Shown in pieces: positions 29,319 through 40,400 of a stretch of DNA of 64,000 nt. The first letter of the stretch is position 1. Each line of letters starts with the position of its first letter. A model generated the notes under the pieces. That model searched no databases. It was not told where the DNA came from and worked only from the letters and a program-made list of their open reading frames with translations. The stretch is from positions 9,474-73,473 of the forward strand of contig CALGMA010000027.1 in NCBI GenBank assembly GCA_937959265.1, given 5' to 3'. Made by a program: the position numbers and the translations under genes. The DNA is from an uncultured Anaerolineae bacterium. Lineage in GTDB: Bacteria > Chloroflexota > Anaerolineae > J036 > Brachytrichaceae.

Positions 29319-29438
29319 GATTGATGAATGCTGTTTGGATGATAGGCGTCGAGCCATCGAAGAAATACGCAGCTCGAGTCAGTCGCGACAGCAGGTTCGC
29401 CGCGGATGAGCCGTCGGCTTTCACTGATAACTGCAAAG

Positions 29439-29467
29439 ATGATAGAAATGCTTCTGGGGGCTGTCAA
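29439..29467 (-). promoter_or_regulatory. Sigma70-type promoter for isomerase-oxidoreductase operon
   Basis: Minus strand TTGACA-N17-TATCAT. Confidence 0.7.
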
Positions 29468-29516
29468 TTTGAGTGGGTGAACTTGACGGTTTGACAAAGG
29501 CAAATATCCGCCCGCA

Positions 29517-31223
29517 TCACATCCCTTCGGCTAGGTGGTCGCGATACCGCGCTACCTGAGCCTCGACCTCGCGGGATGACCAGCCCAGTTCGTGCGCCAT
29601 CACCTGCGCGACCATCGGCGCCGGCTCGACGCCGCGCGACCAATCCTCGAAGTTCAGATGCAGCCGGCGCGCCAGCATATCGTCGAGCGTCATAGCCATC
29701 TCTCGGCGGCAAGCATAGACGACTTCGGCCATGATGTAGGGCAAGTCGGACGCGATGCGCGCAGCGAGCGAAGGATCGTCGGTGCACCATTGGAGAATCG
29801 CGCCGGCTTCGCTGCCGTATTGGCTCAGCCTGTTGATGACGTCGGCGCCCCAGCCGAAACGGCCGGCGGCTTCCGATAGCGCTGCGCTGCAAGCCTGATA
29901 GCCCTCGGCGCCATCGAGCGGCATCTCCTCGGTGGGATGGGCAACCGGCTTGCCCTCGCGCCTGGCGAGGTGGTCGAGCGCATCTTGCGCCATCCGGCGG
30001 TAGGTGGTGAGCTTGCCGCCGGTGACGGTGATCATGCTGCCCGGCCCATCCACAACGACGTGCGTGCGCGAGAGCCTAGAGGTGTTAGCGCCGTCGGACC
30101 CGACCGGGCTGATGAGCGGACGATAGCCGGCCCACGCGCTGATTACGTGCGCGCGGGTGAGCCTGATTCGCAGGTAGGCGTTGGCCGTGTTGATCAGATA
30201 GTCAATGTCTTCATCGGTCGCGACCGGACGGTCTAGATCGCCCCCCTTGGTATCGGTTGTGCCGAGCGTGACGCGCGTGTTCCACGGCACGATGAACAGC
30301 AGCCGCCCGTCGGGCGTCTCCGGCAGCACAACGGCGTACTCGGTCGTCGGGAGCGCGTCGCGCGGCAGCGTGAGGTGCACACCCTTGGCTGGCTTGATTG
30401 CAATGCGAGACTCGCCGGCCATGGCCTCGATGCGCCCGGCAAACGCGCCCGCCGCGTTGATGATCGTCCTGGCGGGGATGACCAACTCTTCGCCGGTGAG
30501 CGCATCGCGCACGCGAGCAGCGCGGATGGTAGAGGGATTGGCCGGCCCCACAAGGTTCGAACCTGTGACCCGCGCGTCAAAGTCGAAACCCAGCACCTCG
30601 GCGTAATTCGCCAGCAAGGCGCCGCGTTTGGCCGCAGTGCGCAGGACAGTCAGCGTCAGGCGTGTGTCATCGGTCTGACCGTCATAGTAGATGAAGCCAT
30701 CCTTCAATCCCTCGGCTTTCAGCGCCGGCGCAAGTTCGAGCGTCTTCTGCACGCCGATGTGTTTGTGGCCGGCGATGGCCAGGCGCCCCGCCATCACGTC
30801 GTAGAGCATCAGGCCAGAGCGCAGCAACCAGCTCATGCCGATGCCACCCGGCGGGACGATGGGCGTGCCGAGTGGACGTTTGTTCTCGGCGTAGAGCGGC
30901 AGCACGAAGCCGAGCGGCCTCACCAGGTGCGGCGCGTTGCGCACCAACCGTCCGCGCTCGATCAGGGCTTCGCGCACCAGCGCAAAGTCGAACTGCGGGA
31001 GATAACGGATGCCGCCGTGCACCAGCTTGGTGCTTTTGCTGCTGGTGCCGCTAGCAAAGTCGGCTTGCTCTACTAGGCCGGTGCGATAGCCGCGCGCGAC
31101 GGCCTCCAGCGCCACGCCGGCGCCGGTGATTCCGCCGCCGATGATCAACACATCCACGCCCTCGGCCGCCATGTGGCGCAATGCCGCGCGCCGTTCATCG
31201 TGCGATAGCCTGCCATGTGCCAT
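29517..31223 (-). CDS. glpD: FAD-dependent glycerol-3-phosphate dehydrogenase/oxidase
   Basis: IIGGGITGAG, DFASGTSSKSTKLVHGGIRYL, GGKLTTYRRMA. Confidence 0.92.
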   Translation of the reverse strand: MAHGRLSHDERRAALRHMAAEGVDVLIIGGGITGAGVALEAVARGYRTGLVEQADFASGTSSKSTKLVHGGIRYLPQFDFALVREALIERGRLVRNAPHLVRPLGFVLPLYAENKRPLGTPIVPPGGIGMSWLLRSGLMLYDVMAGRLAIAGHKHIGVQKTLELAPALKAEGLKDGFIYYDGQTDDTRLTLTVLRTAAKRGALLANYAEVLGFDFDARVTGSNLVGPANPSTIRAARVRDALTGEELVIPARTIINAAGAFAGRIEAMAGESRIAIKPAKGVHLTLPRDALPTTEYAVVLPETPDGRLLFIVPWNTRVTLGTTDTKGGDLDRPVATDEDIDYLINTANAYLRIRLTRAHVISAWAGYRPLISPVGSDGANTSRLSRTHVVVDGPGSMITVTGGKLTTYRRMAQDALDHLARREGKPVAHPTEEMPLDGAEGYQACSAALSEAAGRFGWGADVINRLSQYGSEAGAILQWCTDDPSLAARIASDLPYIMAEVVYACRREMAMTLDDMLARRLHLNFEDWSRGVEPAPMVAQVMAHELGWSSREVEAQVARYRDHLAEGM

Positions 31224-31310
31224 GCGCTCTACTTTATCATTAGGCAGACGACACCGACGGCGATGCCATCGCCACCCCACGCCCTTCCAACTCAGATATC
31301 ATTCCCCATC

Positions 31311-32399
<1,089 letters not shown>

Positions 32400-32416
32400 C
32401 AACCCAGCCCGCGCAC

Positions 32417-32915
32417 ATGACCGCTCGACGCGTCTTTGTCACCGACGACCCTTTCTTGCCGCTGAACGCCGACAAGCCCTGGCACGAGCGCGGCTTGTGG
32501 CCGGCGTCGTGGATTACACTGGCCGGCACTCAGCCCCTGTTTGTGGCCGCCTTCCGAAAACAGTTCACCCTTGAGCGCGCAGCCACCGTTCGTATTCACC
32601 TCAGCGCCGACCAGCGTTACCAGTTGTATGTGGATGGCGCATGCATCGGCCAGGGGCCGAAGCGCGGCGCGCCCAATCTGTGGTTCTACGAGTCGTACGA
32701 GCTGGCGCTCGATGCCGGCACGCATGTGATCGTATCGCGCGCGTCTGGCATTGGGGCGAACACGCGCCACAGGCGCAGATGAGCGTGACGCCCGGCTTCC
32801 TGCTTGCCGCCGAGGGTGAATGGCAAGCGACGCTAAGCACCGGCCTGAGCGACTGGGAATGCAAACCGCTCGATGACTATACGTTCGGCCAATTCGAGCG
32901 CAGTCGCCTCGCGTG
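32417..32915 (+). pseudogene. 5' fragment of alpha-L-rhamnosidase-like (GH78-type) gene, frameshifted and truncated
   Basis: WPASWI..FRKQF..IHLSADQRYQLYVDG..GP continues in another frame as VWHWGEHAPQAQMS..GFLL; removing one CG from CGCGCGCG (32736-32743) restores the frame; no catalytic domain follows. Confidence 0.75.
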
Positions 32916-33652
32916 GGTTGCCGATCATCGCCGATCTGCGCTCTGTGCTGGAGGACAGCGGCGAGCTGCGACCAACCGAGAGCGGTGAATTGCACGGGAC
33001 GCTCGGCGGGCTGCAGCGCGGCCGAGGGGTCATCCACAGCCCCGCGCTCGACCTCCTTGTGGCCCATTTGGCTTCCATCTTCGCCTTCTCCGAAGCCGAC
33101 CTCGCGCGCGTGCATCTGGCCGCAGCGCCGACGGAAGCGCGCGTGGTTCGCTTCGACGAGCTGCTGCGGCGCATGTATCCCGGCGACCCATCGCCCCGCT
33201 TTCGGCTCAGAGACCTCGAGGCGATCCTCGCTGCTGCGCCGGAGCGCGAGCCGATCGCTGCCTATGGCCGCATCCCTGTCTGGCTGGCGACGGCGCTCGG
33301 CGCTCAGCGCGACCTGCGCTGGCAGTTCGACGCTCGGCTGGGGTGGGTGCGCACGCCGCGCTTCAATATGTGTTCTCGCGGAGCAGCACCGACAACAGAC
33401 GCCGGCCTAGTGTTCCGCCTCACCCCGCTCGGCCATGACCGGATGCAACTGGACGCCTCGAAGACCGCCTACTATCTCGACTACGGTGCAATGGATGGCC
33501 TGTGTGTGCCGTACATTCCGACAGAGATGCACGTGACCGTGAACGGGCTGGAGACCTCGGGGGGCGGGTTGCCTTTGTGGGTATTCGCTGCGCTGGGCCG
33601 TGTCTATCGCAACTGCGCCAGCGTCCAGGCGCGACAGGCGCACGAACGTTGA
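32912..33652 (+). pseudogene. csx3: 3' fragment of CRISPR-associated Csx3 (Crn3)-domain protein
   Basis: GLPIIADLRSVL..GTLGGLQRG, then YGRIPVWLATALG..QFDARLGWV and LPLWVFAALGRVYR, resembling Csx3 G-R-x-P-x-W-L and D-x-R-L-G motifs; no credible own start. Confidence 0.6.
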
Positions 33653-33676
33653 CAGCTCATTTCAAACCCGTATAAT
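33649..33676 (+). promoter_or_regulatory. Consensus sigma70 promoter of rpsU
   Basis: TTGACA-N16-TATAAT about 60 nt upstream of rpsU. Confidence 0.8.
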
Positions 33677-33736
33677 TCCGCGCGGCTTTACGAACCAGCA
33701 AGCAAGTAAATTCAAGCGATAAAAGAAGGTGATTGA

Positions 33737-33940
33737 GTGGCTCGCGTAGTGGTCGAAGACGATGAGACGTTCGAGTCGGCGCTCCGGCGCTTCAACAAGA
33801 TCGTGCAAGGCAACCGCATCCTCGTCGAGGTGCGCAACCGCCGCTATTTCGAGAAGCCCAGCGTGATCAACAAGCGCAAGCGCGCAGCGAAGTTGCGCAA
33901 GAGCCGACGGCAGAGCATGAAGTTTGCGCAACCGGAATAG
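33737..33940 (+). CDS. rpsU: 30S ribosomal protein S21
   Basis: ETFESALRRF..EVRNRRYFEKPS. Confidence 0.95.
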   Translation: MARVVVEDDETFESALRRFNKIVQGNRILVEVRNRRYFEKPSVINKRKRAAKLRKSRRQSMKFAQPE

Positions 33941-33970
33941 GCTATTTCGGACTTACCAGGCGATGACACG

Positions 33971-33995
33971 GGCGGGCGCGATGCCCGCCTTTATC
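33971..33995 (+). terminator. Putative terminator after rpsU
   Basis: GGCGGGC-GCGAT-GCCCGCC followed by TTTATC. Confidence 0.55.
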
Positions 33996-34108
33996 ATTTA
34001 TAGTGGGCTATTGCGCGCTGTAGCCTGTACAATTACAGGTTGGATCGAGAAGCGAGAGCGTAATCGAACGGAGACACGGTTCTCGACCGAGGCACTAGCG
34101 AAAGACGC

Positions 34109-34573
34109 ATGGAAGCGGCACTCAAACAGCGAATCCAGGATGAGCTGAAAGCAGCGTTGCGCGGCGGCGATGAAGCGCGCAAGACCGTGCTGCGCCTGCT
34201 CGTCGCGCAAATCAAGAACGCCGAGGTCGAAGCGCGCACCGATGGCCGCGGCGGCGTGCTGAGCGATAGCGACATACTGACGCTCGTACGGCGCGAGATC
34301 AAGCAGCACGAAGAATCGCTACTCGAGGCACAAAACGCCGGCCGCGAAGACCTGGTCGCTCAACAACGAGCCGAATTGGATGTGCTCAAAGAATTCCTTC
34401 CCAAACAACTGTCCCGGGAAGAAATCGTTGCACTGGCCAAACAGACCATCCAAGAACTCAACGCCACTTCGCCCAAGCAACATGGCCAGGTCATGAAAGC
34501 ACTGCAGCCCAAAGTCAAAGACATCGCCGACGGCAAACTGGTGAACGAAGTCGTGCGCGAACTGTTGGGGTGA
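34109..34573 (+). CDS. GatB/YqeY domain protein
   Basis: LKQRIQDELKAALR, GREDL, FLPKQLS, ADGKLVNEVV; conserved position after rpsU. Confidence 0.92.
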   Translation: MEAALKQRIQDELKAALRGGDEARKTVLRLLVAQIKNAEVEARTDGRGGVLSDSDILTLVRREIKQHEESLLEAQNAGREDLVAQQRAELDVLKEFLPKQLSREEIVALAKQTIQELNATSPKQHGQVMKALQPKVKDIADGKLVNEVVRELLG

Positions 34574-34673
34574 ACCACCGACGCGCGACGACCGCCGCGA
34601 TGCACTCCGATTCGGGAGCGCATCGCGCACCATTCGGACGCGACCGAGACATGCCATCGGGCGCGGCCGCAGG

Positions 34674-36842
34674 ATGCTCATGAACCTAGACGCGACTTCC
34701 GGCGCTCGTCAGCAACTTAAACAAACGCACCGGCGAAAGATCGCTATCCTGAGTGCGATCGCCGTTGCGACGTTTGTGGGCGTCACAGCTGCGCAGTTAT
34801 CCCGCCACGTGATCGGCGCCGGCGTGGTCTACAACCTCGGTGAAGTCGCCGCCTTTGACATCCGCGCGCCACACCGGTTGGTCTACGTGAGCGATGTCGA
34901 GACCAACCGACAGCGCGATCTAGCCGAAGCCAGCGTTGCGCCGATCTTCACTCCGCCCGACGTACAAACGTCACGCCGGCAGATGTCGCTGGCCTACGAA
35001 GCGCTCGATTACATTCAGCAGATCCGCAGCGATCAAAGCATCAGCCTTGACGAGCGCATCCGCAAGTTGACCAACCTGGATGAGCTGGTCATCCGCGAAT
35101 CCACCGCACGCAACATCCTGGCACTCGATGATAGTCAGTGGAGCCGCATCTCGGCGCAAACACTGGCCGTGTTGGACGCCGTGCTGCGTCGCTCGATCCA
35201 TCCGGGCAATCTGGATGAAACCCGAGCGCTCCTACCACAACTGATCAGCTTCAGCCTGCGCGCAGAAGAAGCCGACATCGTCAACCAACTGGCGAGCGCC
35301 CTGATCGTGCCGAACACCAACTACGACTCGGCTGCCACCGAAGCCGCGCGCCGCGCAGCGCGCGAGAACGTGAAACCGGTCGAGCGCAAATACGAAGCCA
35401 ATCAGATCATCATTCGCAGCGGCCAGGTAATTGGCCCGAACGAGATCGAGGCGCTGGAACGGTTCAACCTGCGTCGCCCAGCGCTGTTGTGGACACACGT
35501 CGTCAGCGCGCTCGTCTTGAGCGCGCTGACGGTGACGGCGCTTGGCATGGGCATGCTGCGCGCCCGCGAGAACGTCTTGAAGCGCCCGATCCGGCAGACG
35601 GCGCTGAGCGCTGCGCTGTTCGTGACAGTTTTGATGCTGGCGCGCTGGCTGCTGCCCGGGCACGGTGTGCTGCCCTACTTAGCGCCGTTGGCAGCCGTCT
35701 CCATCGCAATCACGAGCTGGTCTGGCCTGTTGCCCGGCGTCATCAGCGCCTTACTGATGGGCGCGCTGGTCGGCCTGGGGATGGATAAGCAACTGGAGTT
35801 CGCCGCATGCATCACCGCCAGCGGCATCACGGCGTGCCTGACGCTCGGCCGCACCGAGCGGTTGAGCAGTTTCCTGCGCGCCGGCGCGCTGGCCGGCGTC
35901 GCGCAGTCGTTGATCGTGCTCGCTTTCAACCTGCCCACTGCCCAACCCAACGATGCGCCGCTGCTCGCGGTTTACCTGATCGCCAGCCTGGCCAGCGGCG
36001 TATTATCGGCCGGGCTGGCATTGGCCATTCTCTACGTCAGCGGCGCCCTCTTCGACGTGACAACGGTGGTGCAACTCATCGAGCTTTCGCGCCTCTCACA
36101 TCCGCTGTTGCAGCAGATGGTGACACAAGCGCCGGGCACCTACCACCACACGTTGATGGTAACGAACCTGGCGGAAAACGCCGCCGAACGCATCGGCGCC
36201 GATTCGCTCCTCACACGGGTCGGGTCGTACTTCCACGACATCGGCAAGCTGGCCAACCCACACTTCTTCATCGAGAACCAGCTTGAGGGCATCAACCCGC
36301 ACGAGCAACTCGATCCTTTGACCAGCTCGACCATCCTGCGGAACCATGTCACGGACGGGCTGAAGCTGGCCGCTAAACACCGGTTGCCGTCGCGCGTGCG
36401 GGCGTTCATCGCCGAACATCACGGCACGACGAAGACGCATTACCAATACGCGCGCGCCTGCGAGGAGAGCGGCCACGAAGTGGATGCGCAGCCATTCCGT
36501 TACCCCGGACCGCGCCCGCAGAGCAAAGAAACGGCGTTGCTGATGCTGGCCGACGGCAGCGAAGCCGCAGTACGCGCTAACCGCTGCACATCGGTCGAGG
36601 AGATGGACGAAGTGCTGCGTCGGCTGTTCGCCGACCGCCTCGCTGATCACCAGCTCGACGACAGCGACCTGACGCTGCGCGAGATGGAAGTGGTGCGGCA
36701 ATCCTTCCTGGAGACGCTGCGCGGCGTATACCACCCCCGCATGAAGTATCCGGCACAGATGCCGACGTCCAAGACTGCCGAGCCACGGATCACCACCAAG
36801 TCGCTCCCACCTCACCCCGACCAGGAACTGGCCACGCCATGA
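34674..36842 (+). CDS. 7TM-HD (HDIG) phosphohydrolase, PgpH-like
   Basis: Extracellular domain, multiple TMs, APGTYHH, YFHDIGK, EHHGTT, YPGPRPQSKE; upstream of ybeY. Confidence 0.92.
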   Translation: MLMNLDATSGARQQLKQTHRRKIAILSAIAVATFVGVTAAQLSRHVIGAGVVYNLGEVAAFDIRAPHRLVYVSDVETNRQRDLAEASVAPIFTPPDVQTSRRQMSLAYEALDYIQQIRSDQSISLDERIRKLTNLDELVIRESTARNILALDDSQWSRISAQTLAVLDAVLRRSIHPGNLDETRALLPQLISFSLRAEEADIVNQLASALIVPNTNYDSAATEAARRAARENVKPVERKYEANQIIIRSGQVIGPNEIEALERFNLRRPALLWTHVVSALVLSALTVTALGMGMLRARENVLKRPIRQTALSAALFVTVLMLARWLLPGHGVLPYLAPLAAVSIAITSWSGLLPGVISALLMGALVGLGMDKQLEFAACITASGITACLTLGRTERLSSFLRAGALAGVAQSLIVLAFNLPTAQPNDAPLLAVYLIASLASGVLSAGLALAILYVSGALFDVTTVVQLIELSRLSHPLLQQMVTQAPGTYHHTLMVTNLAENAAERIGADSLLTRVGSYFHDIGKLANPHFFIENQLEGINPHEQLDPLTSSTILRNHVTDGLKLAAKHRLPSRVRAFIAEHHGTTKTHYQYARACEESGHEVDAQPFRYPGPRPQSKETALLMLADGSEAAVRANRCTSVEEMDEVLRRLFADRLADHQLDDSDLTLREMEVVRQSFLETLRGVYHPRMKYPAQMPTSKTAEPRITTKSLPPHPDQELATP

Positions 36843-37381
36843 CAACGCGCGCGGACGCTCGTTCGACGAGGCTAAAACCGGCACATGATGCCAACATCCA
36901 CCTATACATGCGCGCAGCATATCGCGCGCGCGGTCAAACAGCGCTCGTGCGACGCGCCGCACACGCAGCGCTGGCTCAGGGCCGCCATCTCCCGACGCAG
37001 ATCGCGCTGACGATTCGCCTCACCGACGACGCCGAGCTGTGCGCCCTCAACCGGCAATACCGCGCAACCGATGCGCCCACCGACGTGCTGTCGTTTGGCG
37101 GCGAGGGTTATCGAGATGGACAACCAAGCAACATTGGCAATGCGCCGGCCTACCTGGGTGACATAGCTATCTCGATGGAACGCTGCGCAGTACAGGCCAA
37201 GCGCTACAGCCATCCGATCGAGGACGAACTGGCGTTGCTGGTGATCCACGGCGTGCTGCACCTGCTCGGCTACGACCACCACACACCGGCGCGCCGGCGA
37301 CGTATGTGGCAGGCGCAAGACCGCGCCTTTGCCCTACTCGGCCGCCCCAATCCGCTCAAGCCAGACCAGTTTCACGACTAG
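36839..37381 (+). CDS. ybeY: rRNA maturation RNase YbeY
   Basis: LNRQYR..PTDVLSF, YLGDIAIS, IHGVLHLLGYDH. Confidence 0.95.
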   Translation: MTTRADARSTRLKPAHDANIHLYMRAAYRARGQTALVRRAAHAALAQGRHLPTQIALTIRLTDDAELCALNRQYRATDAPTDVLSFGGEGYRDGQPSNIGNAPAYLGDIAISMERCAVQAKRYSHPIEDELALLVIHGVLHLLGYDHHTPARRRRMWQAQDRAFALLGRPNPLKPDQFHD

Positions 37382-37402
37382 GCGTCTCTTCGTCCCAAAC
37401 GC

Positions 37403-40400
37403 TCACTGCAATCCGGCGCCGAGGGGGAATTCGATCAACGAGCCGTTGCGCAGATTGGTCACGAACAACGTGCCGTTGCGCACTTTGACGCCGGTGGGCA
37501 AGTCGTCAACGTCGAAGGTGACGCTCGGCAGCGGCACCGGCGCGCCCGTCAGCGTGTAAGCCAGCACCTGCGCCGTGCGCGGGCTGCTGACGAAGAGGGT
37601 GTCGCCGCTGATCGCCAAATAGGGCTTGTGATCAACAGCCCGTAGCTCAGCCTCATCCATCTGCGATTCATCCCAGGCAGCCACGCGCCAAGCGCGCAGG
37701 AAGCGATAGTTCGGGTCGAACACCTGGATGCGCCGGTTCCAGGTGTCAGCCACGTAGATGTTGCCGTTTGCGTCTACGGCGATGCCGACCGGCTCGTTGA
37801 ACTGTCCCTCGCCGCTGCCCGGGCCGCCGAACTGCGTGATGAAGTTGCCGTCGCGGTCAAACACCTGCACCCGCTTGTTGCCGGTGTCGGTGACCAGCAA
37901 ACGGCCATCGCGGTCGAAAGCGATGTCGCGCGGGCCGAAGAACTGCGTATCCGTGCCGAAGCCGGGTTGGTCCGTCGCGCCGGGCCGTCCCCAGGTCATC
38001 AGAAAGTTGCCGTCGGCGTCGAACTTTTGGATGCGATGGTTGAATGTGTCGGCCACGTAGATATTCTGCGCGTCATCCACTGCGATGCCCCAGGCATCGT
38101 TGAACTTGCCAGGCTGGTTGCCCGGGCCGCCGAAGCTGCGGATGAGCTGTCCGGTGGCATCTTGATGGAACACGCGGTTGGCCTTGCGATCCACGATGAA
38201 GCGCGTGCCATCTGGAGCGAAGGCGATGCCGGCCGGATTCTGCATGCTCGGGCCGAGCGCGCGCTGGCTCTGCCCACTAGCCACGGCACCGGCACGGTAA
38301 TCCCACAGTTGATCGGCGACATCGTTACGGATGAACAGCGAGAAGCGATGGCCAGGCGACCACGTCTCCGGCGTGAGCGACGTCTTGCCGAACAGCTTTG
38401 CGTATGGCTCGAAGTTGCGGTTGAAGGCAATCTCCCAGAGTGCCGCACGTGCCTGGGGATTGAATAGCGAATAGCTGATGCGGTCCCAGTTCAGGTCGTA
38501 GTAATCCTGCATCGGCCACCACACCAGCATGTAGTCAAAGCGGGCATAGTTCGCTGAGAGCGCATCTATGAACTGCGCAAACTGTGCATCCTGCTCGCTG
38601 GCGATGATGGCGTGAAAGTCTTCGTAATTGGACGGCAGTTGGCCACCGAGGAACTGCGTGCCCGGCCGGCGTTGCATATACCACGACATGGGCCAGCTCG
38701 TCTCCTGCGTATAGCCCACCTTCAATGGCTCGCGCCCACCCACGCGCTTTTGCAGGTCATCAATTTGGTTCAGTGCAATCTTCACGCCCGGCGCTCCGTG
38801 AGCATAGAAGAGGAACTCCCGCGTGTAGTCGTAATTGATGTAGGTCACCATCACGGCGGTGCGCACGGTGAGCGTGCTCAACAGCGCAAAGCCGGCCAGC
38901 GCCACAGCCGGCAGCGCCGCGCTGTTTGCCACACGACCGAGCACATAGCCGGCGAGAGCTAGGGCAATCGCGCCGATCATGAAACTCAGCGCCCATTGCA
39001 GCACATCGGCGACCGGCTTCCCGGCCAAGTCCAAGCTGCCGATCAACGAGAGCAAGCGCACGAACAGCAGCACGGCCAGGGCCGCCACACCGGCAACTGC
39101 GAAACCCTGAGTGGTGCGGCCGTAGGCCGGCGCCGACTGCGCCCGAAGCCTGCTGCTCAGGCTGACCGCCACTTGCTGGATGAACCAGCCGGTCAGGAAG
39201 GCCATCGGCAGCGCAAAGTGCACCGTCAGCCAGGGCATTTTCTCGCCGGCAATGGTGTAAATGACCCACGTCGCAACCGTCCACCATGCCAGGAAGAGTG
39301 GGAAATGGTGCCGGCGCAGGGTCGCAAAGAAGCGCGGGCGCGCGCGCAGCGCCTGCAGTATCCGCGCAGCCAGGGTCGCCATGGCGCACAGCGCGCCGGC
39401 CAGCATGGTGTACTCGTACATCGGCACGAGCAGGAAGTAGTAATACCAGGGCTGATTGCCGCGCTGGACATCCTGCTGCGCCATCCAGTAGCCCAATTGG
39501 CCAACGAAACCTGTGCCGATGCCGGCCATGTTGGTAAACACTGTGGTAAACAGCGTCACGGTGATGGCGAGAAAGACGCCGGCGATGGCCAGCCACAATC
39601 GCCAGTGCCAGGCCACACCGATGGCAATGGCGATGGCAATCAGCGCCAGCGACATGGCGAACATGGTGGTGACCACCTGCGGGTTCATCTGCAGGTTGCT
39701 CATGTTGCCCAGCGTGCTGATCGGCACCAGCTCCTCGCCACGGAAGGCCTGCCAGATGCGATTCTTGATCAACAGCATAGCCGGTGACCCCATGAACATG
39801 GTTGTAGTCACCAACACGATGATGACGTTGAAAGCCGGCGCATTGCGCGAGGCGACGCGCAACCACTCGCTGAACGTCATGCGATACAGGTGGGTCAGCC
39901 CAGCACACACCAGCGCCGCCAGCGACACCATGACGGTGCCGTAGATCAACGTGATCACGCCAAACGCACGCGCCAAAGCGTTGCTACCCAGCTCGAAGAG
40001 AATGCTCAGGCTGACCATGAAGATGGCCGTGACCGCGCCGAAGCCTAGCAGCATTGCTGCATCCTGCCAACGCTGGCCGGGTGGGAACTTGCGACGCCCG
40101 CGATACAACTGCCACAGCGCTAACACCGAGAGAAACACCATCAGCAGCGCCACCGCCAGGAACGACGTGGCCTTATCCGTCGCATGGAAGGCCAGCGCCA
40201 CCGTCAGCCCGATCAACCAGCCCGGTTGCCGATCGTCCAGGTAGCGCCATATACACAATACCGTCAGCGTCATCCACACCAGGATGAACTCTTCCTGACG
40301 GATGTAGCGCGCGTGATACAAGATCGAGGGCGAGATGAGCAACATGAACGACGTCGCCAGCGCGCCGATACGGCCCAGCCAGCGCCGAAAGAAATAGGGC

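Noticed and set aside
25381-29324. Long antisense ORFs (25381..26475, 26911..27885, 28239..29324; also 61731..63008)
   Set aside because: They mirror well-supported genes on the other strand, as expected from GC-rich codon bias, and have no motifs.
32400-33740. CRISPR array near the Csx3-like fragment
   Set aside because: No regularly spaced 25-45 bp repeats seen here or elsewhere in the window.
34596-34628. Hairpin CGCGATGC..GCATCGCG between yqeY and the HD gene as a riboswitch
   Set aside because: Single stem with no recognisable aptamer motif; more likely an mRNA stability element.
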